Positions 1 through 29,031 are shown, counted from the first letter of the stretch. The stretch is DNA of 64,000 nt from Macrostomum lignano (GCA_002269645.1 NIVC01001388.1:186001-250000); one strand, 5' to 3'. Numbers and translations are program-made. Notes: a model not told the origin generated them from the letters alone.

Positions 1-51
1 CATTCAATTTAACAAACATGTTATTGCTGAATTTTTGGAATCCAATTTTAG

Positions 52-17147
<17,096 letters not shown>

Positions 17148-17162
17148 GCAGATTGGCTGCGG

Positions 17163-17658
17163 TCCCTGACCAATCAGACAGCGCCAGCTGCCTCACTCAG
17201 TCCCTGACCAATCAGAGAGCGCCAACTGCCTCTCTCCGTCCCTGACCAATCAGAGAGCGCACAGCTGACTCTCTCAGTCCCTGACCAATCAGAGAGCGCA
17301 CAGCTGACTCTCTCAGTCCCTGACCAATCAGAGAGCGCACAGCTGACTCTCTCAGTCCCTGAGACCAATCAGAGAGCGCCAACTGCCTCTCTCAGTCTTT
17401 GACCAATCAGAGAGCGCACAGCTGACTCTCCCAGTCCCTGACCAATCAGAGAGCGCACAGCTGCCTCTCTCAGTCCCTGACCAATCAGAGAGCGCCAACT
17501 GCCTCTCTCCGTCCCTGACCAATCAGAGAGCGCACAGCTGACTCTCTCAGTCCCTGACCAATCAGAGAGCGCCAGCTGCCTCTCTCAGTTCCTGACCTAT
17601 CAGAGAGCGCCAGCTGCCTCTCTCCATCTCTGACCAATCAGAGAGCGCCAGCTGCCTA
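17163..17658. repeat. 39-bp minisatellite immediately after the IMPDH stop codon
   Basis: CCCTGACCAATCAGAGAGCGCACAGCTGACTCTCTCAGT repeated. Confidence 0.95.
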
Positions 17659-18204
17659 GCTGACAATTTTTCTTTAAACTATAATTTTAACAATTTCACA
17701 TCGCTGCCTTCGCAATTCACTTCATTCGCGCTGCACCTTTTGGTAGTTTTGACTGACAAAAAGAATTGCGAAGTTTTAATTTTCATTAGCAGCTTCTTAA
17801 TTGCATCGTTTTATTTGTTGTTTTGATGCTTCAGTTTCTTTAAGCTGCACGATCTGCGTTTCTTAGGTTACTTTTTGACGCTACTTATAGGATCCTTTTA
17901 GCAGTAGTATACGAGCGTATTTAGCACTCATTTTACTTCTAACTGAACTTGTTTTTATATAACTATGTTACAGGTTATAATATCGATCCTTTTTAATTTA
18001 ATATCAATTAGTTGGATTTTGCAACTAAATTTACGTAAAAGCTTTGAGTTCGATAAAAAATAAGCTTTGCAGCTTTTTGCTTGAAAATCTGTAGCAGAGA
18101 CAGTTAAAATTTAAAAATATATGCAAAATTGTATTTATCTACATGCTTGAGCTAGGGTTTAACAAAAATACAAGAGTTCTACACAATATTTTTAAGACCA
18201 TCAA

Positions 18205-18560
18205 TACACTCCACCGAGTGTACATTCCCTCTCTCTGAGCCAATCCACTGAGTGTACATTCCCTCTAATCCACCGAGTGTACATTCCCTCGAATTCACCG
18301 AGTGTACATTCCCCCTCTTTGAGCCAATCCACCGAGTGTACATTCCCTCTATCTGAGCCAATCCACCGAGTGTACATTCCCTCTAATCCACCGAGTGTAC
18401 ATTCCCTCTCTCTGGGCCAATCCACCGAGTGTACATTCCCTCTCTCTGGGCCAATCCACCGAGTGTACATTCCCTCTCTCTGGGCCAATCCACCGAGTGT
18501 ACATTCCCTCTCTCTGGGCCAATCCACCGAGTGTACATTCCCTCTATCTGAACCAATCCA
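18205..18560. repeat. ~34-bp minisatellite
   Basis: CCAATCCACCGAGTGTACATTCCCTCTCTCTGGG repeated. Confidence 0.9.
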
Positions 18561-18634
18561 GCTTATTTACAATCTCGCTCAGCTCCAAGTCAATCCCGAA
18601 GGTTACTGTATGCTAAGCACATGCATTTACATAC

Positions 18635-18967
18635 TCAAAGTACAGCGCATCCGACATGCTTATTGGCTTTCATCTCTTTGCGCGCCCGCTCTTTGGCAAT
18701 GCGAATCCGGGCCTCCTGCATGTAGCGGACCCGGGCGTCCCGCTGGTTCAGCCAGTCCTCTAGCCGGGCCTCCACCGTGTCCTGCACCCGGTCCATCCGC
18801 CTGTCCTGCTGACGCAGCCGGCGCTGAAACTCCGGCTCGTCCCAGGCGCTCTGGCCGCGCATCAGCGACAGCAGAATCCGATTTTTGCGTAGCGAGCCGA
18901 ATTGGCGCTTTTTGGCCGCCATGAGCTGCGGGATGTTGATTGGAAAGGGAGGTTTGCAAGACCTCAT
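18635..18967 (-). CDS. Orphan 110-aa basic/coiled-coil protein with C-terminal CaaX (CAVL)
   Basis: ATG lies 2 nt after a tctttctttAG acceptor; strong GC3 codon bias; helical R/Q/E-rich core; ends KEMKANKHVGCAVL*. Confidence 0.65.
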   Translation of the reverse strand: MRSCKPPFPINIPQLMAAKKRQFGSLRKNRILLSLMRGQSAWDEPEFQRRLRQQDRRMDRVQDTVEARLEDWLNQRDARVRYMQEARIRIAKERARKEMKANKHVGCAVL

Positions 18968-19107
18968 TTCTAAAGAAAGATTTTTCGTGAACAATAGGTG
19001 TACATACATGCACTTTTTATTAGAGGCAAGGGGCTGTGTGCACACCGGCGCACTTTAAGCGACATTGTCGCTCATTCGGCGAGCGGCATTACTGCTCATA
19101 TAGGCAC

Positions 19108-19509
19108 AAAAGCGCGCGGGTACTTAAGCAGTCATATATTTATCGTTAGGAATGTACACTCAGCAACAGTCCAAAGTTCCACGCCACTAAGTGAGATGAT
19201 TTTTTCACTTATTGCGAGTGACGCAACCTACGGCACGCGCAAAGCTTATTGCCGCTTGGGGGTGGCTTGGGTCTGCTTAATGGTCCAGGCCTGGACATTA
19301 AGCAGACCCAAGCCCAGGAACCGCGGTGTTGCGGTGTTCAGCGGCCCTGATTTTCTACCGTGGATGTTAATCGCACCACGCAAATCATAACTTGAACCAA
19401 ATTTGGAAGTGTACAAGCTCGCACATGGATGTGTTTGCGCGCGGAATCGAACCCGGGGTCGTGGCACGAGAGTCGGCCGGACCCGTTTACCGCAGAGCTG
19501 CTCTGCCCC
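19108..19509 (-). mobile_element. tRNA-derived SINE-like / Pol III-type unit containing a 51-nt palindrome
   Basis: Minus strand starts GGGGCAGAGCAGCTCTGCGG (degenerate A box) and has a B box GGTTCGATTCC; the first TTTT is at about 19111-19108. Confidence 0.45.
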
Positions 19510-19621
19510 TTGAACTGCAGAGATTGAACAATTTCATTTCTTTGGGCATAAATAAAGTGAGTAGAGATGCATTTAGCTTTTCATTACTGAAAGCAGATTA
19601 AATGTTTTTTAATGCTCAAAA

Positions 19622-20622
19622 ACCTCTAGAATCGCCCGTCAACCAGTTTTATAATCGCCCATAAACCATCTCTAGAATCGCCCATAGACCACCTCTAGAA
19701 TCGCCCATAAACCATCTCTAGAATCGCCCATAGACCACCTCTAGAATCGCCCATAAAACCACCTCTAGAATTGCCCATAAACCATCTCTAGAATCGCCCA
19801 TAAACCATCTCTAGAATCGCCCATAGACCACCTCTAGAATCGCCCATAAAACCACCTCTAGAATTGCCCATAAACCATCTCTAGAATCGCCCATAGACCA
19901 CCTCTAGAATCGCCCATAGAACACCTCTAGAATCGCCCATAGACCACCTCTAGAATCGCCCATAGACCAACTCTCGCCCATAGACCAACTCTAGAATGGC
20001 CCGTAGACCAACTCAAGAATCGCCCGTAGACCAACTCAAGAATCGCCCATAAAACCACCTCTAGAATTGCCCATAAACCATCTCTAGAATCGCCCATAGA
20101 CCACCTCTAGAATCGCCCATAGACCACCTCTAGAATCGCCCATAGACCACCTCTAGAATCGCCCATAGACCACCTCTAGAATCGCCCATAGACCAACTCT
20201 CGCCCATAGACCAACTCTAGAATGGCCCGTAGACCAACTCAAGAATCGCCCGTAGACCAACTCAAGAATCGCCCATAAAACCACCTCTAGAATTGCCCAT
20301 AAACCATCTCTAGAATCGCCCATAGACCACCTCTAGAATCGCCCATAGACCACCTCTAGAATCGCCCATAGACCACCTCTAGAATCGCCCATAGACCACC
20401 TCTAGAATCGCCCATAGACCACCTCTAGAATCGCCCATAGACCAACTCTCGCCCATAGACCAACTCTAGAATGGCCCGTAGACCAACTCAAGAATCGCCC
20501 GTAGACCAACTCAAGAATCGCCCATAAGCCACCTCAAGAATAGTCCATAAACCCACCTCAAGAATAGTCCATAAACCCACCTCAAGAATAGTCCATAAAT
20601 CCACCTCAAGAATCGCCCATAA
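19622..20622. repeat. Minisatellite, 23-bp unit with higher-order structure
   Basis: CCTCTAGAATCGCCCATAGACCA repeated; the same shortened variant recurs near 19970, 20195 and 20445. Confidence 0.95.
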
Positions 20623-20672
20623 AGTACTCTAAAATTCTAGGTACTACTCAAACTACATAGTCAAGCCTGAAT

Positions 20673-21053
20673 TCACTCGAAAATCACCTGGGTATTGACT
20701 CCGCAGAGGCACATCACAAAGAAGCCAAGCAGAATGCCTCCGCAGAACAGAGCAGCAATCAGCAGGTGAGTCTCGCTGAATAAGGCCAAAGTTTCCGAGG
20801 AATTCACCTGAGCTTCGTTCAGATGGATCTGCTTCAGGTAATAGCCAGACACTGTTAAACCGACAAGGGCCGCTATCAACACAACGGCGAAGCTCACACA
20901 GCAACCGTTGTCGTCCCAGGTGACGCGCAGGTTTTGCGGAAAGATTTGCACCTCTACCGTTCGATGAAACCTGTCGTAGGCGTTCTCGTTTAGGCCGCCG
21001 CGCAGGGCGATCTCCTCCATGTTGGTCCGATCGGCTTTTCTCGAGTCTGGCAT
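20673..21053 (-). CDS. Orphan small membrane protein with two predicted TM helices (126 aa if unspliced; possible donor after 20688)
   Basis: Hydrophobic segments CCVSFAVVLIAALVGLTVSGYYL and LLIAALFCGGILLGFFVMCLCGV; coding-like codon usage; acceptor catatctAG about 13 nt upstream of the ATG. Confidence 0.65.
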   Translation of the reverse strand: MPDSRKADRTNMEEIALRGGLNENAYDRFHRTVEVQIFPQNLRVTWDDNGCCVSFAVVLIAALVGLTVSGYYLKQIHLNEAQVNSSETLALFSETHLLIAALFCGGILLGFFVMCLCGVNTQVIFE

Positions 21054-21344
21054 GTCCGGCTTCAGCTAGATATGAGGATTTTTAACTTTATTTTGTTCGG
21101 CTAAAAGCCTACATAAAGTGCAAATGGTGCCTAAAAAGAAGCCGAGTTCTTTACTCCTAAGTCGATATGCCTGCAATGTCTGCGGCCAAAACTGCCATTC
21201 TGAGTAATTGCACGTGTATTACTCGTATAGTGTAGAAACTATACTCTGTCTTGAATTCTGCATAGGACAACTTCTTAGGAGTTTGTGTAAATGGAAATTC
21301 TCCGCTAAATAATGCGGATCGTGTAGCGTCTGTTGCGCTATTAA

Positions 21345-21571
21345 ATATAATGTAATTGTAATTGTAATTAATTGATTACACCTGCCTTAATGGACCAGAT
21401 GTGCAACCGACAGCTCAGCCGCAGCTATTGTAGCTTGGCTGTTCAGTCCAAAGACTGGGGGGGGGGGATCGCCACACACCCTCAATTACCCCAGCTAATG
21501 CTGGCACCCATTTTACAGCTGGGTGGACTGAAGCAGCGCAGAGTTAAGTGTCTTGCTCAAGGACACAAATA
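21345..21571 (-). mobile_element. CORE-type SINE, 5'-truncated copy with (ATTACA)n tail
   Basis: Shares about 125 bp with 44808-44935, including the CORE-like GACACTTAACTC...CAGCTGTAAAATGGGTGCC; microsatellite tail at about 21345-21375. Confidence 0.75.
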
Positions 21572-22087
21572 CTAATGCATTTTGCAGTGAAAAAAACTGT
21601 TGTCAGCGAGTGCTTAGAAACAATTTGCTTTCTCACAGACTACTTAAAAATGAATTTAACTTTTTTTCAGACAACTTCAATTTTGTGGCTTTTGCCCTAC
21701 TTCACTAAACAATTCTAAGCGCAGATTGTTGGTTGAGTTCAATTTATTTACTGAAAAATGACACCAAAATAGCCAAAATAACGGTACAGGAACCACACAG
21801 GAGCATACCAATTATTTTAAAAATGAAACAATTAATACGAAATATTATAGCTAAATCAGTTAAATGTCTAATTAGCAAATATTATTATTATTAAAGCAAA
21901 ATGTATAAATATTGATTTCCACACAGAACTAACGATGAATTATAGCTCATAAAATAGTCCTCACCAGTAGCTGTCAGAGATACTAGAATAACCAGATATG
22001 TCAGATAGTTCACTCTAGGTCAGCATTGTGTGTTCGCAATCAAAAGTGTGAAGTGTCAACTCTTTCTCAGTAGCTAGTTTTTTTAAT

Positions 22088-22530
22088 CTAGCTCAGCCAA
22101 TTAGAGAGCATTAAAGAGAAGTCAAAGTCAGACGGACGAAACTCAATCTAGGGGACAGGCCCAATCTGGCTCAGCCAATGAGAGAGCATTAAGGAGAGAA
22201 GTCAAAGTCAGACGGACGAAACTCAATCTAGGGGGCAGGCCCAATCTGGCTCAGCCAATGAGAGAGCATTAAGGAGAGAAGTCAAAGTCAGACGGACGAA
22301 ACTCAATCTAGGGGGCAGGCCCAATCTGGCTCAGCCAATGAGAGAGCATTAAGGAGAGAAGTCAAAGTCAGACGGACGAAACTCAATCTAGGGGGCAGGC
22401 CCAATCTGGCTCAGCCAATGAGAGAGCATTAAGGAGAGAAGTCAAAGTCAGACGGACGAAACTCAATCTAGGGGGCAGGCCCAATCTGGCTCAGCCAATG
22501 AGAGAGCATTAAGGAGAGAAGTCAAAGTCA
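22088..22530. repeat. 80-bp tandem repeat, about 5.5 copies
   Basis: ACTCAATCTA recurs at 22141, 22221, 22301, 22381 and 22461. Confidence 0.95.
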
Positions 22531-22975
22531 AAGCGGGCAAAAGGAATATCAGCCTGGCTGGGGGGCCGGGGTGTCACTCCCTTTCTCTCATTCTCGCTAT
22601 GCAGACGCACAGGACCTGCAAATTCTAGCTAATTTTACTACTGAAGGCAATAAAAAGCGCATTTTTTGCAACTGACGCATCTAGTTATTCTAGCAACTGT
22701 GGTAGCTATTCAAAATTAAGCACTTTATCAGAGTAACCACAATGTACTCGTAATATTATTCATATCATTAGCTAACTAATATGTAATAATACAAGTAGTA
22801 ATCAATCTGCACGGGATAAAGAAGAGAGCAAAAGGACTTGCTGAACATTATAGATCAGTACATTTTTCTTACGAATTTTTCGTGGCTACAAATTATTCTA
22901 AAACTCACAAAGTCCACAATTGGGCGCAAACTTACTAACTGAAATAAGAAATATTTTTTTATTCATTTTCATGAC

Positions 22976-24105
22976 TCAGCGCCGCCTGGTAGCAGCCATG
23001 GCGCTCTGCGGGGCCACCCGGAAGAACAGGCTGTCGCCGCGGGACAGGCCGCCAGCCAGTTTAAGCGTCTGCCAGCACTCAACGCTGTCGGTGTAGGGCA
23101 CGCACAGGCTGAGCCCGGAGCTGCCCCGGATGCACAGGTTGGTGGACACCACGCCGTAGCGATAGGTCCAGGAGCTCACTAGGAACGAGGCGATGACTGG
23201 GCTCACCTAAGAGTTTGAAGTGGGCGAGGTTTACAAGTTGTGTACGCGCGACTATAGACTTTTTTAGGGTAGCATTTCAAAGTTATTCATAAGTTCACAG
23301 GGAGGCTGTGGATGCTGCCGCAAATAAAGGCGACAGTCCACCTGCAGTTAGCGAGGAGATCATAACTGTAACTGTGAGTAACTGTACTCACGCGAAAGGT
23401 AACGCGAAAATTCCTCTCAAGTGATCGCTCTGTCCCAGGCTCTCTCACCTGTTTGACATCCGGGGCGGACCGGTCGGCAATGATGTACTGATTGACGGCA
23501 TAGGCTATGAAACTGGTGGCCCACAGCGCCAGCAGGTCGCCAACGATCGCCACGGTGACGCCGCGGAAGAATCCCGGCATGCCTTCCTCGTTGAAGATCT
23601 CGCTAATAACGCTCAGAATGTTGCCGCGATAGATGGCATCGTGGGAGACGGCGGCAGCCATCTGGCGGACCATGACGGAGTGCAGCGGGTAGGAGGCGAA
23701 CACCGCCAGGGAGCGACCGACGCTGGAGTAGCAGCAGCGCTGAGCCATCTGCTTCAGCGAGTTCGCATTGAGCTCCCAGTTCTTCTCGCTAGCACCGCCG
23801 CCGCCGCAGGCTGCCTCAACACCTCGGAGGGTCAGCTCGCGAATCATCTGACTGGTCAGCTTGGCCAGCAGGCCGGTGGTCCACAGCGGAAACACGCCGC
23901 CAACCTCGTCTCGGACCCGACCGACGTGGCGAAACATGTTCGGATAGAACAGCTTCTGCCGACGGAACAGATTCTTGCCCAGGCTGGGCGGGTCCGGCTC
24001 CCAGCCCAGCTGCACCAGGATGCGGGAGAAGGTCAGCGGGTGCACCACCACGGAGCCGGCTAGCTTGGACACATATTCATAGAATGGATCGCCGCTGGCT
24101 GCCAT
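22976..24105 (-). CDS. MTCH2: Mitochondrial carrier homolog (MTCH1/2-like), 295 aa; exons 24105-23449 and 23206-22976
   Basis: HPLTFSRILVQLGWEP, YPLHSVMVRQMA, EEGMPGFFRG and LSRGDSLFFR match the MTCH family; a GT-AG phase-0 intron spans 23448-23207. Confidence 0.88.
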
Positions 24106-27100
24106 CGCTTAACTTGATTGGCAGAAATTTTTTCAACATGAAATTGAAATGCACAAACTGTTAAACATTTCAATCCTTTTTATGATCTTTTAAAGATAAT
24201 ATTTTTAAGGACAAACTGACAAAGCAAAATAGGAAGACAATGAAAAGAAAAACAAAAATTGCAATTGGACTACATGTTGAACAGCTGGTGTAAGATTTGG
24301 TGTTATTTAGTTGAATGGTTTGGGAGTCCATAGTGAAAAAAATGAAGGTTATATACAGATAGATACACACAGTTTATTGTTTTAGTTAAGATTATATATA
24401 TTTAAATTTATGTACTTATCTTTTTAAATATCTTAAGGAACTCACACATAGTCTAACTGCAATATTTTAGACACTTTTGACAACAATGCATTCAAAACAT
24501 TTAAAATATAACTTAAAATGCTTTGTTTTTGTTGTTGAGATTCTTCTTAGTTTCTAGAACCCTCCTCTAAAATAAGCTTTTTTAAAATATGGAAGAACTT
24601 AAAGAAATGAAGTAATTGCCATTTGAATCGATTAGACATAATGCCATCAATGTAGAATTTATCAAGTTTTAAGGCAAAAAAGTTTTGAGCCAGTTATCTA
24701 GGGCTTCTTTATTAGTAAAAGTTTTGCTTATCAAGGTAATTTTCAAGGTCAAGAACAGATAGTAGTTACTAGGAGCCAGGTTGGAGGAATATGGCAGATG
24801 AAGCACCAGTTCTTAGCCAAGATCTAGTAACTTTTGGCAAGACACCATGGCAATAGGGGCACACATTTTTGTGTAGAAATCGGACCAGGCCATGATTTGG
24901 TCACTTCTATGCGATGGTAGCAGCCAATCTGTCCAGCTGTTGGCAGTACAATTTGGCTATAATTGATGTGTTGGGTGGCAGCAGCTTGTATAGGATCGTA
25001 CCTTTACAGTTCCACCAAATACATAAGCTTTAGACTATGGCTCAAGGGTTATGTCAACATCTCCATAACTAGCGATGCTTGATGTTCAAATATAAATACC
25101 CTTTTTCATTGCGAGTAGCAAACAACTTTAGCTAGTTGTGTGTGCACTAATAGGAGAAGAAAGAAATAGCTATATCTGCCGTGTTTGCAGTCCCAATTGA
25201 ACAATTCATGGGATACCCATACATGTGCAACAGTCAGCCAAGTCGGCAGATCCAGCCAACCAATTTGGTGGCCAATCAAGGCAAGTCCCAAAAATGCCCA
25301 CCTGAATAAACACCAATTACCAAAGTAGTACTAAGTAGATAATGAAGCATTTTGCCTTAATAATAAGATAGTCATAGTTACTCCTACCATTTACCCAAGT
25401 TGTGTTAATTTTGCTTCAGGGTTTCTTTTACATGTAATTTGCATTTTTGGCCAAAAACTGTCACATTTTTTGTTAAAACTAAGTTGCACGGCCAACCAAA
25501 TTTTGGAGGTTGCGCATGTATGGGGATACCCATTGAGTCAACTTGTGCATTTTGTCTAGTTGATGTAAGTGAGTGGCAATTGTTTGATGGTCCAATTCAG
25601 GCATTGTTTGTTAGGGGTTAGCCTCAATAAATATGTGCAAGTAGTTATCCTCTACCACAAAAGGACATCATAACTAGGGCAAATCTTTAAGGCTAAAATC
25701 TCCTTAGCAAAATCAAGCAAACCAATCTTGCACAGTGCATTCAGACAGACATGGTACTAGCACCAAATGTATTATTACTGTGGTAGCTTGGTTTGGCTAC
25801 TTTGATACTAAATCTGAAGTTGTAGAACAATAGGCCACAAATATAAGATCAAGAAAGATTGACATGTGCCTTAATTGATCTGGCTACAATAGCAACAATC
25901 ATAAAATGTAAGCCTTGTCTATCAAGATTACATATATCTATAAGCCTATTCAACAGTGCTGCCACTTACAACAAAATTATTTTTGTGCAGGGTAAAAAAT
26001 TGCACAGGTAGAAACCTAAGCTGATTGTTGTTAGTAAAATGAAGAAACAAATGAAGAAATTCAATCTAGTGTCTTTTTTCTTGTCATAATTTTTTCTCAG
26101 TCACAACTTTCAAAACTTTTAAATCTCTATAAACTCTTTCCTAAATTAATCAAATGATAAATCAAATGCTTAATGCTTGAAAATGAACAAAATAGTATGA
26201 AAATTGTGTTTAATTTTAAGTGCAAACAATGAATAGCCATAATTGACAAGTGAAGTATCAATTTATCATCATTTAAAGTGGAATTTGAACATTTTGCTAC
26301 TGCTAGATAGTCAACAATCCAAAAAGTCAGATTTGCATAGAAATTTAAGGTCTTGCATATTATTTGCTCATTTGCACAGAAAATTCAAATTTTGCGCACT
26401 GCACAAAATTTGCACAGCTATGGCAGCACTACTATTTAATATATAAATATACATAAAATAAACTTCTAGTTCTAGACTGTTTCATAAAGTTTTTAGATCA
26501 AATTTTTTTAAAGCCACAAGATCATTCTCAATAACCAAATAATAAATATAAATTTCTTATATATATCAAAATCAAAATATTTGTTCATTTGTTTTTTAAA
26601 CTTTATTACAATTTATACCTTTAATGACAATGAGAACCAATGACAATGACAACCTGCCAAAAGGGTATGCAGTCATTTTGTCTGCCACTTTTTTTGTCTG
26701 CTAGTAGATAAAATGACTTTTCAAAAAGAAAAAGTTAAATATAGCTACATATTACATAACTTATAAAGCTATTTTTTTAAATAAGATATTTTTAAGTTAT
26801 GCAAAGACTTATTACATGATGTCTTTTTTGTATATGTAATTTAGCTTATTAAGTTATCATAATATTTCAAAGAAATATTATAATATCAGTTAAAGAAAGT
26901 TTTGTGACAGGTGGTCATTAGTAAATCAGAAGGCAGAGTAATTTGCAATTGAATATGATTGTGATTGGCTAGCTATTATGAGCATTGTTAAGATACCTAA
27001 CTCTATCCCTATCCAATGATGATAATGTATTTGCTTTCCTATTGCAAAGTTTATTCATAATAAACAAAATGTTGGTATATAAGTTAAGTTAATAGTTGGT

Positions 27101-27255
27101 AGGGTCTTTCAGGTAATAATATTTTCAGATAAACTTGTACTTTTAAAAATGAGTTCATTATCTTTACTTTAAGCCCTAAGATTTTTAAGATATAAAATCT
27201 AGATATTTCCTTTTAATATAGGCCTAATATTATAGGCATATACATATGAATACTA

Positions 27256-27952
27256 GGCAATCTTCAAGTTTCGTTCGTTAAATTATTTTTTCAATGATTT
27301 CTGAACTATCTTGCTCTGAGATGATTATTTTCGAGCTCTCCAGTGTACCCAGCCCTTTCCTAGCTGAGAAAGTAGCAGCTTTGTTAATATTAACCTCTAA
27401 CGTACCATAAAGCTGGAAATATAAGTAACATGTAACGCTGAGTACAAACAGACATACGAGTTTGTACAGTGGGGTACAACAGGGGCAGTAATAGCAGTCC
27501 AGTTCAGAAGCAACAGTTAAGCACATAGAACTCAATGCTTAGACATTATAGTAATGTGCAATCCAGTATAGGATGTTCCCAAATGGATTGACAATGTATT
27601 AGTCTTATAGTGTATTAGCTGCTTGTCTATTAACTGCTTATGATACGTAGTACTCCATGTCACTCCTAAAGCTGTGTACAGTAGCATCTTTATTCCCTAT
27701 AGATGTTCTTTGCTAAAATGCCACGTCAGTGAAAGCCACGTCATCATTACGTTACCGTAATATGGGCCATAGACATTCCTTTGCCTACCAATGGCTTTAC
27801 ATTATATTAGATATATAATATTAACAAAGCTGCTACTTTCTCAGCTAGGAAAGGGCTGGGTACACTGGAGAGCTCGAAAATAATCATCTCAGAGCAAGAT
27901 AGTTCAGAAATCATTGAAAAAATAATTTAACAAACGAAACTTGAAGATTGCC
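27256..27952. mobile_element. MITE/foldback element with 137-bp terminal inverted repeats
   Basis: 27256-27392 is a near-perfect reverse complement of 27816-27952; no clean TSD recognised. Confidence 0.8.
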
Positions 27953-28633
27953 AAATACTGACATTGTATTTAATATTTTGTTGGCAGACAAAATGACTGC
28001 ATAATATTTTTGCAGACAAAAAAGTGGCAGACAAACTGGCAACAGACAAAATGACCATTAACTAGCAAGTGCCTAGGCCTATTATAATTTATATATAAAA
28101 TGCTATGTTTATGTTTATGACCAAAAGCATATTGTTTATTTTAAGTTGCTATGAATCACTGGTATTAGGTCCATTAAATTATACATATTTTAAATGTGTA
28201 GAAAAACAAAGTTGCTTATTTTTACACAATTTACCATTCTAGTAGACTAGTTTTGTAGTTTTTTAAGAATACTTGATATCTAGAAATACTAATGCCAATG
28301 GACTTCTTGAACTTTAGGTAGATAAAATAGTTGCAATTTTGATAGGACCATAATTTTGTCTCTAAAGGGGTTTTTGATAGTGCTGATTTCAAATTTGAGC
28401 TTTATTTTTTGTAGGGTAGGCCTAGCTTAGCCTTAAAGCCAACCACCGGGGCATGGGGAATGGTGGGTTTTAACTTTTAAGGTGGGAGAATCTTCATAAG
28501 GATGATTTTATATACCTAAACTTCAATAAAGGCTTGGGGGTCTATTGAAGATCAGATAGCTAAATTTACATACATATTTTTTTATGTATCTAAAGTTCAA
28601 GAAGTCCATACTAATTTACTAACTAATGTAACA

Positions 28634-29031
28634 TATGAAACATTTGCCGACACTTATTCAGACACTTCTACAGACACTTTAGTTTTGTCGTACGAATTGT
28701 AGGAACAAGCATTAAATTTGTTTATTCCTAACAAACTACCAGTAAACTGCTTTATTTTAAGCTTTTTTTGCTTTATTTTATTAAATATGAATTAGGAAGT
28801 GTCCTGGACAAATTTAACATTCTTCTTCACGTGAAGAGAATCTATGCAGAATAACAAATTTCATGATTCATATTTAATAAAATAAAGCAAAAAAAGCTTA
28901 AAATAAAGCAGTTTACTGGTAGTTTGTTAGGAATAAACAAATTTAATGCTTGTTCCTACGATTCGTACGACAGAAACTAAAGTGTCGGTAGAAGTGTCTG
29001 AATAGGCCTAAGTGTCGGCGAATGTTTCATA
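28634..29031. mobile_element. Foldback/MITE-like inverted repeat (arms ~160 bp, 73-bp spacer)
   Basis: 28634-28792 pairs with 28866-29031; the spacer holds the palindrome TCTTCACGTGAAGA at 28824-28837. Confidence 0.75.

Noticed and set aside
18962-18969. AUGA stop-start overlap if the 20688 donor splices to 18969 (bicistronic reinitiation)
   Set aside because: Depends on an unproven splice; the 2-TM ORF has its own stop at 20673. Junction reads would be needed.
19435-19509. Functional tRNA gene (also the head at about 44945-45017)
   Set aside because: A and B boxes are present but the acceptor and anticodon stems do not pair properly; treated as SINE heads.
19424-19512. Candidate exon linking the 2-TM ORF to the CaaX ORF
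   Set aside because: Every GT-AG combination I tried gives a stop at the junction, and the region is better explained as a tRNA-derived SINE head.
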